Shown piece after piece: positions 50,028-59,172 of a stretch of DNA of 64,000 nucleotides. The stretch is taken from IMG/VR virus record IMGVR_UViG_3300023174_000052, positions 64,001-128,000 of that record, one strand, 5' to 3'. The translations under genes were made by a program, and so were the position numbers. Origin of the DNA: a virus. The notes beneath the pieces were generated by a model. It made no database searches. It had not been told where the DNA came from and saw only the letters and a list, made by a program, of their open reading frames with translations. The stretch's first letter is position 1. Every line of letters starts with the position of its first letter.

Positions 50028-50477
50028 TCAAGCTCGCCCACGATTTGTCGCAGGAGAACCAAAAGCTAGCGAAGCCCAGTTGTCAGCGCCTTCGAATAAC
50101 GCTATAGGATCTACGCCGGTATCATTCACGTGAACGCTTCTCCCAGAATCAGCGGCTACTTGCTCGCGAAGTGTGGTAGAAGCAGTATCTTCAAAAATAG
50201 AAGCCATAACGGGATCGTTTGGTACTATATTTTCGACGACCTTCGAAGTAGTCTTTTGTCTTAAACTTGTTTCTGTCGTATTTTTCTTATCGACAACAGA
50301 TCGATGTTGACCTGCAGGTAGAACATAATCTAAAGCCCTTCGTCGAGGTTGTTGTTCGACGTTTTCTTTAACTTGCTGTCTAGCTGTAGGAGCTGCAACG
50401 CCTTCCATCAAAATTTCCAGAAGACATTCTTTAACAACTGCTTTTAATTCGCTTCTTTTCAATTTTTCTTCCCCCAA
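50028..50477 (-). CDS. hypothetical head-module protein
   Basis: KRSELKAVVKECLLEILME N-terminus; NWASLAF near the C-terminus. Start may be the internal TTG at 50462. Confidence 0.7.
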   Translation of the reverse strand: MGEEKLKRSELKAVVKECLLEILMEGVAAPTARQQVKENVEQQPRRRALDYVLPAGQHRSVVDKKNTTETSLRQKTTSKVVENIVPNDPVMASIFEDTASTTLREQVAADSGRSVHVNDTGVDPIALFEGADNWASLAFGSPATNRGRA

Positions 50478-51073
50478 TCGATAATATCATTAAAAATTCT
50501 ATCGATTCGGTCGTCCTTTGTAAAGACACGCTTCAATTCGGCAGGATCTATTTTTTTACCTTCAGCCATTAAAAATGCGCCGGGCGTTGAAGGCTCAGCG
50601 ACTACATCCCAACAGATAAGTTGAAAATCGTCTTGAACTACCTGCGAGTCTCCGTCCCTTTTAGTAGAACCTACACCGCGTGACGAAATTCCAAGCGTCA
50701 CGCCTGATTCTACAAGACTCTGTAATATTTTTCCACAAGGGGTATCAAGCAGCTCGACAGTACCATAACATACATCACCGTCCATATAAGCTTCTCTAAT
50801 AATGTGAGATACCTTCTTGAGTTCTACGACGGAAGAGTCAGGATGATCACATTCTCCAAGCGCGCGATTTTCTCGAATAAATTTTTGATAATTTCTAACT
50901 TCTCTTTCAAGAATCGGGCGAGGATAAACTCTACCATTTTGATTTAAGGTTTCTGATTTTTGGAGAATACCTTTCATGACAATTTTTCCACCGTTTTTAT
51001 CTCGGCTCTCCTTAATCATGTCTGGCGTGTAACTGAACTGTGTCCAGCTTGTCAATAACCTAACGTCCGCCAT
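50459..51073 (-). CDS. prohead core protease (T4 gp21-like)
   Basis: NQNGRVYP, ALGECDHP, VSH, GISSRGVGS, WDVVAEPSTPGA. Confidence 0.95.
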   Translation of the reverse strand: MADVRLLTSWTQFSYTPDMIKESRDKNGGKIVMKGILQKSETLNQNGRVYPRPILEREVRNYQKFIRENRALGECDHPDSSVVELKKVSHIIREAYMDGDVCYGTVELLDTPCGKILQSLVESGVTLGISSRGVGSTKRDGDSQVVQDDFQLICWDVVAEPSTPGAFLMAEGKKIDPAELKRVFTKDDRIDRIFNDIIDWGKKN

Positions 51074-51899
51074 CTTCGACTCCTGTCATTTCCTCTATCA
51101 TTTTATTCAAAAGTAAAAACCTGGAGACATTGCCTTCGGTAATGTCGCTCGACGAAAGACTTTCAATTTGTGTTTTCACTTCGTTTAGTTTTTCTTTTAA
51201 AATTCCGTTACTATTTTTATGTGAAAATTCGTTAATAGTTTCGAAAGCTTCACATTTCGTCTTTTCTAAAAGCGGAACTAGATTTCTCTTGTCGCCTTGT
51301 AAAGACATTTTAACCATCTTAAATTGTTCTGTTGTTAATTCTTGTGAAACTTTCTCACAGACCTTTTTCTTCATGATATCGACGGACAATTTACTCGTTC
51401 GTCCACTCATTTCGAGAGATTCGATTTGTTTTCTTTCGCATAACATTTTCGAAACCTTTTGTTCATATTCAACGACTCTAGCTATATCTGCGTTAGTACC
51501 CATACGCCAATCGTTCAATAATGTCTGAACTGTTGCGAATGCTCTATAATCGGGAACTCTTTGCTCAAAAAACATGGGTTGATCGAGTCTTTTATTAATT
51601 GATTTAATTAAAAGACCCTTTTCTCTATCGAGCGCATTAAAATCGTGTTGCTTCGCAGCACGCTTTGCTTCGTCAAGAATTCTAAGAGCGATAGACTCAG
51701 TGTCGACCGTAGTTCTTACGAGCGCGTTAAAAAGTCTAAATTCTCTATGAAGATGCGTTCCAGGTGCAAAGTGTTCACGAACAATCGCCATCGCCTCACG
51801 AGCCTGATCGACGTTTCCATCGATCAAAGACTTCGAGATGAAGCGCACGAGCTGCTCATAAATAATCGCAGCATTTCTCTTTTTATTGTGCCTCATCAC
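51060..51899 (-). CDS. hypothetical protein between portal and protease
   Basis: RHNKKRNAAIIYEQLVR; helical; coupled to the portal stop. Confidence 0.75.
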   Translation of the reverse strand: MMRHNKKRNAAIIYEQLVRFISKSLIDGNVDQAREAMAIVREHFAPGTHLHREFRLFNALVRTTVDTESIALRILDEAKRAAKQHDFNALDREKGLLIKSINKRLDQPMFFEQRVPDYRAFATVQTLLNDWRMGTNADIARVVEYEQKVSKMLCERKQIESLEMSGRTSKLSVDIMKKKVCEKVSQELTTEQFKMVKMSLQGDKRNLVPLLEKTKCEAFETINEFSHKNSNGILKEKLNEVKTQIESLSSSDITEGNVSRFLLLNKMIEEMTGVEDGGR

Positions 51900-53824
51900 T
51901 CACTCTCCAGGTCATCACGACCCACTAAAACTTCTGAAAGAATTCCGCTACCCGATTTATTACCTATATTGCCCGAAAGCTTTTTGAAAATATTCTCTAA
52001 TTCTGATGTCATTCTAGGCGAAGTCGAAACGCTCGTTTCTCCTAGCATAGCATCCTTTAATGATATAGGTAGTTCATCTTCGAAAATATTAGCTCCCGTT
52101 AATGTATCTCCGAATGGTCTATTTAAAGTATCTTGTGTTCGACCGCCAGATACCATCGAAGAAAAGTCTGGGAGGTGTTTTTCTCCACGGCCTTTAGACC
52201 TGGTTAATTTTTTCTTATTTATTTCTTTTCCCCACATATTTTTCTTCGCTTCACTCGATGCTTTTACAGGAAATTCGATGTTACCTCGACCGGTGGGTTC
52301 ATAGGCCGAGAATAAATCTCCTCCAGCTTCTTCGCCGCCACCGGCATCTGGGGTCGTAGTATCTCCGCCCGTATCACCGCCCATGTCTCCACCTGCGTCT
52401 CCACCTGCGTCTCCACCTGTCCCACCTTCAGGCGTTGCAGCTTCAACTTCTGCGTCTTCGATCTTATCTTTCTTTCTACCGTCTTTAATTCTAGCGATCT
52501 CTTCTTCTGTAAGGCCGAGAATATTCCTTCGTATCCATGTTTTATCTACAGCTCCTTCGGGAGCTGCACCTGCTATTTCAAATTTTGTCTTAATTAATTC
52601 AAGCTTTTGCATTTGCGCAACAGAACTTGGATTATTAAGCATCAACTTAAAATTTAGAATCGCTTCATCAGTAAACCCATGTGAATAAAGATGAATCATT
52701 GCGATCTTATTCAACTCAGAAATAATGACCTTCTGGATTCTAGATATTGTTCTTGAAAATCGTATATCTTCTTGGGCCAGCGTCGCCTTAGAACCAATTT
52801 CTTCGTCATACCCAAGATACGCCTTTGGTATTTTAAGCGCTGCGAATAATTTCTTTTGGATATACTGTACGTCTTCGACGGCTGCTGTATTTTGTCCACC
52901 TGCCAAAGTGTCGATCTTCGTACCAGACTCTCCACCTCTAACCGGGATGAAATAGTCGTCAAGACCACTAAGTGGATTGAATCGAAGATCGACCCTACCT
53001 GTCGACTTATCGATAACCATATTTCTTTTAAGACTAGATTGTATATTTTGCATATAGTTTTCTACTTCCTCAGGAGGAATGTTTCCTACGTCGATGTAGA
53101 ATATTCTTCGTTCAGGAGCGCGGACAACTCGATAAAGAAGCATCGCATCTTCGCTAAGAATTAACTGTCTCCAAATTCTACGAGCCGATTCTAGAACAGA
53201 CGCTCCATATGGAAGAAACGCGTCGTTCCCCAATAATCTAAAATGCACTACTTGCCAATTTTCTAATACTTTGTTTCCTTTCGTGACCCATCGAAATCGA
53301 ACTGCGAGTGGATCTTCTGGGTCGTATCCTTCTTCTCGTTCCATTTCTGCGATCGGAATTGGAAGCGCATTGATAATCCCAAATTTTGGATCAACGTCGA
53401 GAAACGAAAAGAAGTCTCCATATTTGCAAAGATTTCTTGTCCACATCGGAAGATTGAAATCTATATTCAAATTATCATAAAAAAGATCCTCGAGCAATTC
53501 TCTTATTGCTCGATTGTCAGAATAAATGTGTAATACCCTTCCGTTTTCATCTTGCGATGCGGCCTCTTCCGAATAAATGTCGAGGGCCGAAGAAATTTCT
53601 GGCGTTGATTCCATTTCGCTGAAATCACTGTAACGACTCATTCTATCGAACGAACCATACGCAGAAACTGTAGAAGCGTAGATGTCCGAAACATTTCTTC
53701 GAAAAAGTTCATAGGAGGACGAAGCCGTAGGAGTAGTATACCCTTTTACTTTCCTCTTTACGACGGGTCCTGATCTAAAAAGCTTTGTTAGTCTACTGAA
53801 TAGACTCTCATTTCTATCTGCCAT
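51896..53824 (-). CDS. portal protein (T4 gp20-like)
   Basis: EISSALDI, PYGASVLE, EDAMLLYRVVRAPERRIFYIDVGN, DDYFIP, ALKIP, DIRFSRTI. Confidence 0.96.
   Translation of the reverse strand: MADRNESLFSRLTKLFRSGPVVKRKVKGYTTPTASSSYELFRRNVSDIYASTVSAYGSFDRMSRYSDFSEMESTPEISSALDIYSEEAASQDENGRVLHIYSDNRAIRELLEDLFYDNLNIDFNLPMWTRNLCKYGDFFSFLDVDPKFGIINALPIPIAEMEREEGYDPEDPLAVRFRWVTKGNKVLENWQVVHFRLLGNDAFLPYGASVLESARRIWRQLILSEDAMLLYRVVRAPERRIFYIDVGNIPPEEVENYMQNIQSSLKRNMVIDKSTGRVDLRFNPLSGLDDYFIPVRGGESGTKIDTLAGGQNTAAVEDVQYIQKKLFAALKIPKAYLGYDEEIGSKATLAQEDIRFSRTISRIQKVIISELNKIAMIHLYSHGFTDEAILNFKLMLNNPSSVAQMQKLELIKTKFEIAGAAPEGAVDKTWIRRNILGLTEEEIARIKDGRKKDKIEDAEVEAATPEGGTGGDAGGDAGGDMGGDTGGDTTTPDAGGGEEAGGDLFSAYEPTGRGNIEFPVKASSEAKKNMWGKEINKKKLTRSKGRGEKHLPDFSSMVSGGRTQDTLNRPFGDTLTGANIFEDELPISLKDAMLGETSVSTSPRMTSELENIFKKLSGNIGNKSGSGILSEVLVGRDDLESE
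52366..52428 (-). repeat. 12-bp coding minisatellite (GGD[A/M/T])n in the portal tail
   Basis: TCTCCACCTGCG tandem copies encode GGDAGGDAGGDMGGDTGGDT. Confidence 0.8.
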
Positions 53825-55417
53825 TTATTTATACATCCATAATAGTTCGGGTGGTATCGGTGCAGTTGAATCTGAACCGAAATACTTCGAATCGTACCTA
53901 TTCGGTTTCAAGGCGTCTCTGGCGCCGAATTGAATCGGCATATTATTGTTTTTTTGTTCGTTGACTTTAAATCCTGCTGCGAGAGACCATTGACCAGATT
54001 GATACGATTGTGATGTATCTCTGTTTGGTTCAAAAAGACTACATCCAATTGCCGAGGCCATGACGAGATCGTCGTTGAATCCTTTTTGAGCGCGAGCTGT
54101 GTTTCCGATCCAAACGAAAGTCTTAAGCTCATCTAATAACCTCGCTGAGTATATTCTAATCCGTCCTGTGCGAAGGTATTCCTCAAATTTCGTTAAAATC
54201 GTAGGTTTATTTTGTCCTGAGGTGTTAAAACCTATTTTTCCGATCGGAATGTCAACTGCGTATTTGAATCTTATATCATTTATGTGCAGGTTAGGATACG
54301 CTAATTCTTTTAATTTTGTGATGGTCGCAAATCCATATGTGTTATTCTCAGGACAGACTATCGCCTTATTATATTTTAAACCGATTTCGTTGATCAACGT
54401 GCCCAATTGATCTGGTGGTAGCTTTCCTCTAAATTCACAAACCTGTTCACATTCGTTAGTGTCAAAGACTTGTATAGTAGAATAATCTAATGCGTCTCCT
54501 CGAGAAACGTCAGCGGATAGAACGTACTTGTGATTTGGTAGAGCATATTTCCAAACCCAAACTCCCATTTCTGGGCCCCATCTTTCTAACGGGTTTCTAC
54601 ACGAGGCTCTAATCTTTTCATAATCTTCTGCATTTATAAAAGTATCGCCAGATGAAGAGAAGTCGCAAAGTAATTCTTGCGCGATCTCTTTTCTCGTTAA
54701 GTTCCTAGACTCTTGCTCGAACCATCTTTCGTCTCTATCAGGGTGAACGTCCCAAGGTAATTTTATGGGATTAAAATCAGATGTCCCTGCGTCGGCGTCT
54801 ATCCATAATTTATGAAATTGATTTCCGACACCCGACGGTGTACTAAGAATAATCGCAGAACCACCCGTCGACAAGGTAGGGTAAAGACCTTTCCATAATT
54901 CGTCGAAGTCTCTAATGAATGCAGCTTCGTCGACGATCAGTAACGATAGTGCTTCAGAACGACCCGCATCTTCTGACGTTGGAACTGCCTTTATTATAGA
55001 ACCATTAGAAAATTCTATTTGCGTTTTTGTATGCGACGTAATTTCTGAAATCACAAGCCATTCAGGCAATCCCTCTAACATCGTCTTTACTTTTCTAATA
55101 AAGTTTTGAGCAACTGCAAGTTTCGTCGCGATTACTAAAATGTTTTTTTGCTTATAGAAAACGCCTTGCCATAGAGCATACGCAGCAGTGATAGTAGATA
55201 GCCCAAGTTGTCTAGACTTTAAAACGATATTAAAACGATGCTTATTAAATTCTTTTACGCAATCATCCTGGAATGGGTACGTTCTAAATGGAACGAGGCC
55301 TTTTTTAGGGTGCGTAATTTTAACGTACGTATTAATAAAATGTAGAGGTTCCTTACCGCATTTAATGATTTCATTAACCTGCGATTGCTTGGTCACTACT
55401 ACTTTCTGACTAGCCAA
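53825..55417 (-). CDS. terminase large subunit (gp17-like)
   Basis: KSRQLGLST, LLIVDEAAF, LSTPSG, ADVSRG..DYS, DDLVMA; TTG start. Confidence 0.96.
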   Translation of the reverse strand: MASQKVVVTKQSQVNEIIKCGKEPLHFINTYVKITHPKKGLVPFRTYPFQDDCVKEFNKHRFNIVLKSRQLGLSTITAAYALWQGVFYKQKNILVIATKLAVAQNFIRKVKTMLEGLPEWLVISEITSHTKTQIEFSNGSIIKAVPTSEDAGRSEALSLLIVDEAAFIRDFDELWKGLYPTLSTGGSAIILSTPSGVGNQFHKLWIDADAGTSDFNPIKLPWDVHPDRDERWFEQESRNLTRKEIAQELLCDFSSSGDTFINAEDYEKIRASCRNPLERWGPEMGVWVWKYALPNHKYVLSADVSRGDALDYSTIQVFDTNECEQVCEFRGKLPPDQLGTLINEIGLKYNKAIVCPENNTYGFATITKLKELAYPNLHINDIRFKYAVDIPIGKIGFNTSGQNKPTILTKFEEYLRTGRIRIYSARLLDELKTFVWIGNTARAQKGFNDDLVMASAIGCSLFEPNRDTSQSYQSGQWSLAAGFKVNEQKNNNMPIQFGARDALKPNRYDSKYFGSDSTAPIPPELLWMYK

Positions 55418-55778
55418 TTTCGTATGTCACAAATCGACGATAGTACGCGACTTTTTTAGGAGAATGAAACGTAACAGAAATCACTTCAATAGAATCGTCG
55501 GTAGAAACCTCTTTGCATTTCAATGCCTTTCCTGACGCTTCTTTGTAAGTTTTTTTGACTGTCTTTAGTGCGTCATTTATCATGTCTATGGATCTAGTAG
55601 ATTCCTTACCTACCTGCGATCTCAGCGATGCGTCACTGGCGAAATTGACTATCGTTGTATAGGTCAACATCATGCGACCTTCACCAGGAAATTTATAGAT
55701 GATAGATTCGGTTCCGTTTGAAGAACCTTTGATATTTTCAAGACATTGCGCCAGACAGTTTAAGTCGTAAGTTAACAT
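55410..55778 (-). CDS. hypothetical protein (122 aa)
   Basis: ORF coupled to the terminase gene. Confidence 0.7.
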   Translation of the reverse strand: MLTYDLNCLAQCLENIKGSSNGTESIIYKFPGEGRMMLTYTTIVNFASDASLRSQVGKESTRSIDMINDALKTVKKTYKEASGKALKCKEVSTDDSIEVISVTFHSPKKVAYYRRFVTYEIG

Positions 55779-55779
55779 T

Positions 55780-56115
55780 TTATTTCTCCGTAGTTAAATA
55801 TCTAATCACAAGCAAAGAATTTCGATCTGTTTTTTTGTTTTCTACGTCCTGGGCTGACGGACGGACGCCTTCTTTCCACGCTTTTAGATTCATTTCTGCG
55901 AAATCACTTTCGCATGCCCTACAACAAAAAACTCTGTCATATGCTTCGTTATCTATGTTGCTAGACATGACAGTATCACAAATTGGACAAAAAAATGGTG
56001 CACCGACTTCTTCTATTTTCGAAAAGAAGTCGGCCTGTTTTTCAAGCCCAAACGTAAGCGTCCGCGCCTTGCTTTGATATTTCGATGATGTTGTCGACTG
56101 CATCTTTGATTGCAT
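55780..56115 (-). CDS. small Zn-finger-like protein (start uncertain)
   Basis: CPICD...CCRAC and W.EG.RP. Confidence 0.6.
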   Translation of the reverse strand: MQSKMQSTTSSKYQSKARTLTFGLEKQADFFSKIEEVGAPFFCPICDTVMSSNIDNEAYDRVFCCRACESDFAEMNLKAWKEGVRPSAQDVENKKTDRNSLLVIRYLTTEK

Positions 56116-59100
56116 CCACGTGTGATATTACAATAATTGTCTTAAAAAATCTCTTCAATGAAACAAGAAGACGATTGCATGCTTCTACGTTAACGTCGTC
56201 AAGAGCGCCGAAACCTTCATCGATAATAAACATATCTGATTTGGGCAAAGACGAAACATTAATGAGAGCGACTCGCAAAGCTAAAGACGCCATCATTTTT
56301 TCCATTCCCGACCCCAATTCTACAGGACGTTGCGAATCGCCATAATCTAAGTTAACATCGAGATTATTTCCGTCAGATACTAAAACAACGGTAAATCCGC
56401 AAATACCTTGTAGAATAGAAGCGATCTCCTGATTAATTCTTGGTAATTGTTGAGCAAGAACAACCTGTGGTAATCCGTTCTTCCCGTACGCTTGGATTAA
56501 TGCTTCGAAGATCTTCCAGTCCTTGACGTGTTCAGAATATTTTTCTTTATCATTTTTATGCTTCGCGAGATTCGAAATCTCAGAACCGATCATTCTCTCC
56601 GTGTTAAGGAGGTTAGATTCTGCTTGACGCAATGAACCGGTCGTTTCCTTTAGTTCGGATTCGATTGATTCGATAATCGCAGCGTTATCTTCGTCGATCA
56701 AATTGAGTTTCATCTCGACGATTTTCTCTTCGATTTCTTTGATCTTCTTAAGAGCGTCGATAGATTTCGAAGCGTAAGAATTCTTTTCGATCGAAGATGC
56801 TTTGGAAGCAGCGTCTAAGCCAATCTCTTCTCGGAGTACTGCTTCGTATTTCTTTAATTTTTCTTCGATAGACTTCGACTTGATTAAAGAAATAGAATCA
56901 TTTGCATCCTTTAATTGTTGCGTTAAATTTTCAATCGTCAGTCGCTGTGTTTCGATGAGTGTCTTATCACGATGCGAATCTTTAATAAATTTGCATGTAG
57001 GAAACTTATCTCCGCAAGGTACTTCTGACAACCTTGAGATAGACTTTTGTTGCTGTTTAAGCTTCTCGTTTTCTTTTTCAAGATCCGATGATAGTTTAGC
57101 CTCGCCGATTTCGAGTTGTCGTAATGAAGACAGTTCTTGTTTAAGAGCATCAATGGGAAAATTATTTTTGATACTCGAAATTTTTTCGAGTCTTGAAGAT
57201 TGTTGTTTGATTTTTTCGTCAATTTCTTCCATACTCTTTTCGTAAGAAATTAAAGAATTTTGCAATTTCGTGAGATCTTGTTCCTTCGACTTAATATCAG
57301 ATCGTGTATATCCAGAACCTGTTCTGGACGTTGCAAGACTTACATTGAGGCTGATCTGTTTTTTCTTTAAATCTTCTATTCTCTTTTCTAAATTACTCTT
57401 GCTATTGTTTAGTTCGTGAATTTTATCGTTGCAATCTTCAATTGCGACTTCATAATTAACGTTCGAACCTTGCTTTAAGGCAACCTTTGTATTATACGAT
57501 TCCTCTTTTAGCTTAACAAGAATCTGATCAAATATCCCAAGATCCAAAAAGTTATTCAATAACTTCTTTCTATCTGTTGCTCCGTTTCTAATGAACGTGT
57601 TCATTTCTCCTTGTGAAGCAAATGAAGTCAAAAGAAAATCGCTGGGCTCGCCGATTAATTCTCGCAGTGCCTTATCTGAATCACGGCGTTGCTCTCCAGA
57701 TATATCTTCGATAATCTCTCCAGATTCATCGATTCGATATAGATTCATCTTCGTGTTAGCGCCGACACCTCGAGGATTGCTCCACTTAATCGACATTCTC
57801 TCTGCGCGGTATAGATTGCCGTTCATTTCAAATTCGACTTTAGCTTCGCAATCTCCCTTCCTCGCGTTAATGACGTGTAGATTGCTGATAGACCCACGAT
57901 CTGTGTCATTAAAAAGAGAGTACATTAATGTACCAGGAATGGAAGACTTTCCACATCGATTTACTCCGAATAAACCGATAACTCCTTCAAGAGACGAAAA
58001 ATCTATACGATTGCCCTTTCCATATGCGAATGTATTTTCCCATTCCATATTTCGAATCGACCACTTACGATTTCGATTAGTCTCAAAATTCTCGAAAGAA
58101 TGTAGAATACTATAAACAGTATTATCAATTCGCTCCCACTCTTCTTGCGTAAACTTTGATTCTCCGAAATATTCGCGTAATGCTTTATTATGAAACTCTT
58201 CGTTACGAAGCGATGATTGCTCTAATTCTGATTCGCCGATTAAAATATTTGAAGCGTTTTGATGCTCAGTAATTCGCCATGTTAATTCGGATGGTTCTAA
58301 TGTCGATTTCACGAGAAAAGAAAACTTTTTAATATCTTCTTGACTCAAAATTTGATCTGACATTACCCGGAGACGACAACCTTTCGAAAATCCATCGCAA
58401 GAAGCGAAGGTAAGATCTGCGGTTCCATCCCATTCAATCGTATAAAATGGATTCGGCGACTTAATTACACGGCGGACTGATCTGAATTCATCTTTAGACC
58501 GAATATCCCATAGAAGATATCCCTTATCAATATCCTCGGAGTAATCCTGTTGAATCGTAGAGCCAGGATATGCGAATCGCTTAGCTGTATCAAGATATTG
58601 AAATTTGTGAATGTCTCCGAACATTCCGAAATCGAATCCTGCGAATAGAGACAAATCGCATTCAGATTCGATCTCCCAGCCAATGTCGGTCATAGACTTC
58701 GCGATTGGTCCGTGAAATAAAGAGATATTGATTTTATTTTCGATCGGTTTAAGGTTTCCCCAATTCTCCTCGTCGAAACAACTAAAATTCGTCCACACTA
58801 CTCCAAATTCATCGTCGTAATACTGCATGGAATCTCGAAGAAAAATAATTCGAGGATTCGAAAGCGTATTAATGATAGGAGTGATCGTATCCATTCGAGA
58901 TTTATTAAGAATAAGACCGTCATGATTACCGAGCGTCACAATAACAGGCGCAATTTCTGCAAGACGATTGAACCACCACGTGAGTCGTTGAATCAACTCG
59001 GGAGAAATTCCCATCGTCTTCGTATGCACAATATCGCCTGCGACGACGATGCGATCAACTTTTTGTTTCTTCGCGTCGGCGGCGAGGCGCTCGAAAACCT

Positions 59101-59164
59101 CAGTATATTCTTCATGACGTTTTAAACCACGCCAATGAACATCTGCAATATGACAAACTCTCAC
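56042..59164 (-). CDS. fused Mre11/SbcD nuclease - Rad50/SbcC ATPase (gp47-gp46 fusion)
   Basis: DVH, GD, GNHD, HG, GDIHK phosphoesterase motifs, then Walker A GVNRCGKSS, Q-loop SQ, coiled coil, GSGME signature, Walker B IIDEGFGALD, ISH. Confidence 0.92.
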   Translation of the reverse strand: MRVCHIADVHWRGLKRHEEYTEVFERLAADAKKQKVDRIVVAGDIVHTKTMGISPELIQRLTWWFNRLAEIAPVIVTLGNHDGLILNKSRMDTITPIINTLSNPRIIFLRDSMQYYDDEFGVVWTNFSCFDEENWGNLKPIENKINISLFHGPIAKSMTDIGWEIESECDLSLFAGFDFGMFGDIHKFQYLDTAKRFAYPGSTIQQDYSEDIDKGYLLWDIRSKDEFRSVRRVIKSPNPFYTIEWDGTADLTFASCDGFSKGCRLRVMSDQILSQEDIKKFSFLVKSTLEPSELTWRITEHQNASNILIGESELEQSSLRNEEFHNKALREYFGESKFTQEEWERIDNTVYSILHSFENFETNRNRKWSIRNMEWENTFAYGKGNRIDFSSLEGVIGLFGVNRCGKSSIPGTLMYSLFNDTDRGSISNLHVINARKGDCEAKVEFEMNGNLYRAERMSIKWSNPRGVGANTKMNLYRIDESGEIIEDISGEQRRDSDKALRELIGEPSDFLLTSFASQGEMNTFIRNGATDRKKLLNNFLDLGIFDQILVKLKEESYNTKVALKQGSNVNYEVAIEDCNDKIHELNNSKSNLEKRIEDLKKKQISLNVSLATSRTGSGYTRSDIKSKEQDLTKLQNSLISYEKSMEEIDEKIKQQSSRLEKISSIKNNFPIDALKQELSSLRQLEIGEAKLSSDLEKENEKLKQQQKSISRLSEVPCGDKFPTCKFIKDSHRDKTLIETQRLTIENLTQQLKDANDSISLIKSKSIEEKLKKYEAVLREEIGLDAASKASSIEKNSYASKSIDALKKIKEIEEKIVEMKLNLIDEDNAAIIESIESELKETTGSLRQAESNLLNTERMIGSEISNLAKHKNDKEKYSEHVKDWKIFEALIQAYGKNGLPQVVLAQQLPRINQEIASILQGICGFTVVLVSDGNNLDVNLDYGDSQRPVELGSGMEKMMASLALRVALINVSSLPKSDMFIIDEGFGALDDVNVEACNRLLVSLKRFFKTIIVISHVDAIKDAVDNIIEISKQGADAYVWA

Positions 59165-59172
59165 TATTTACC

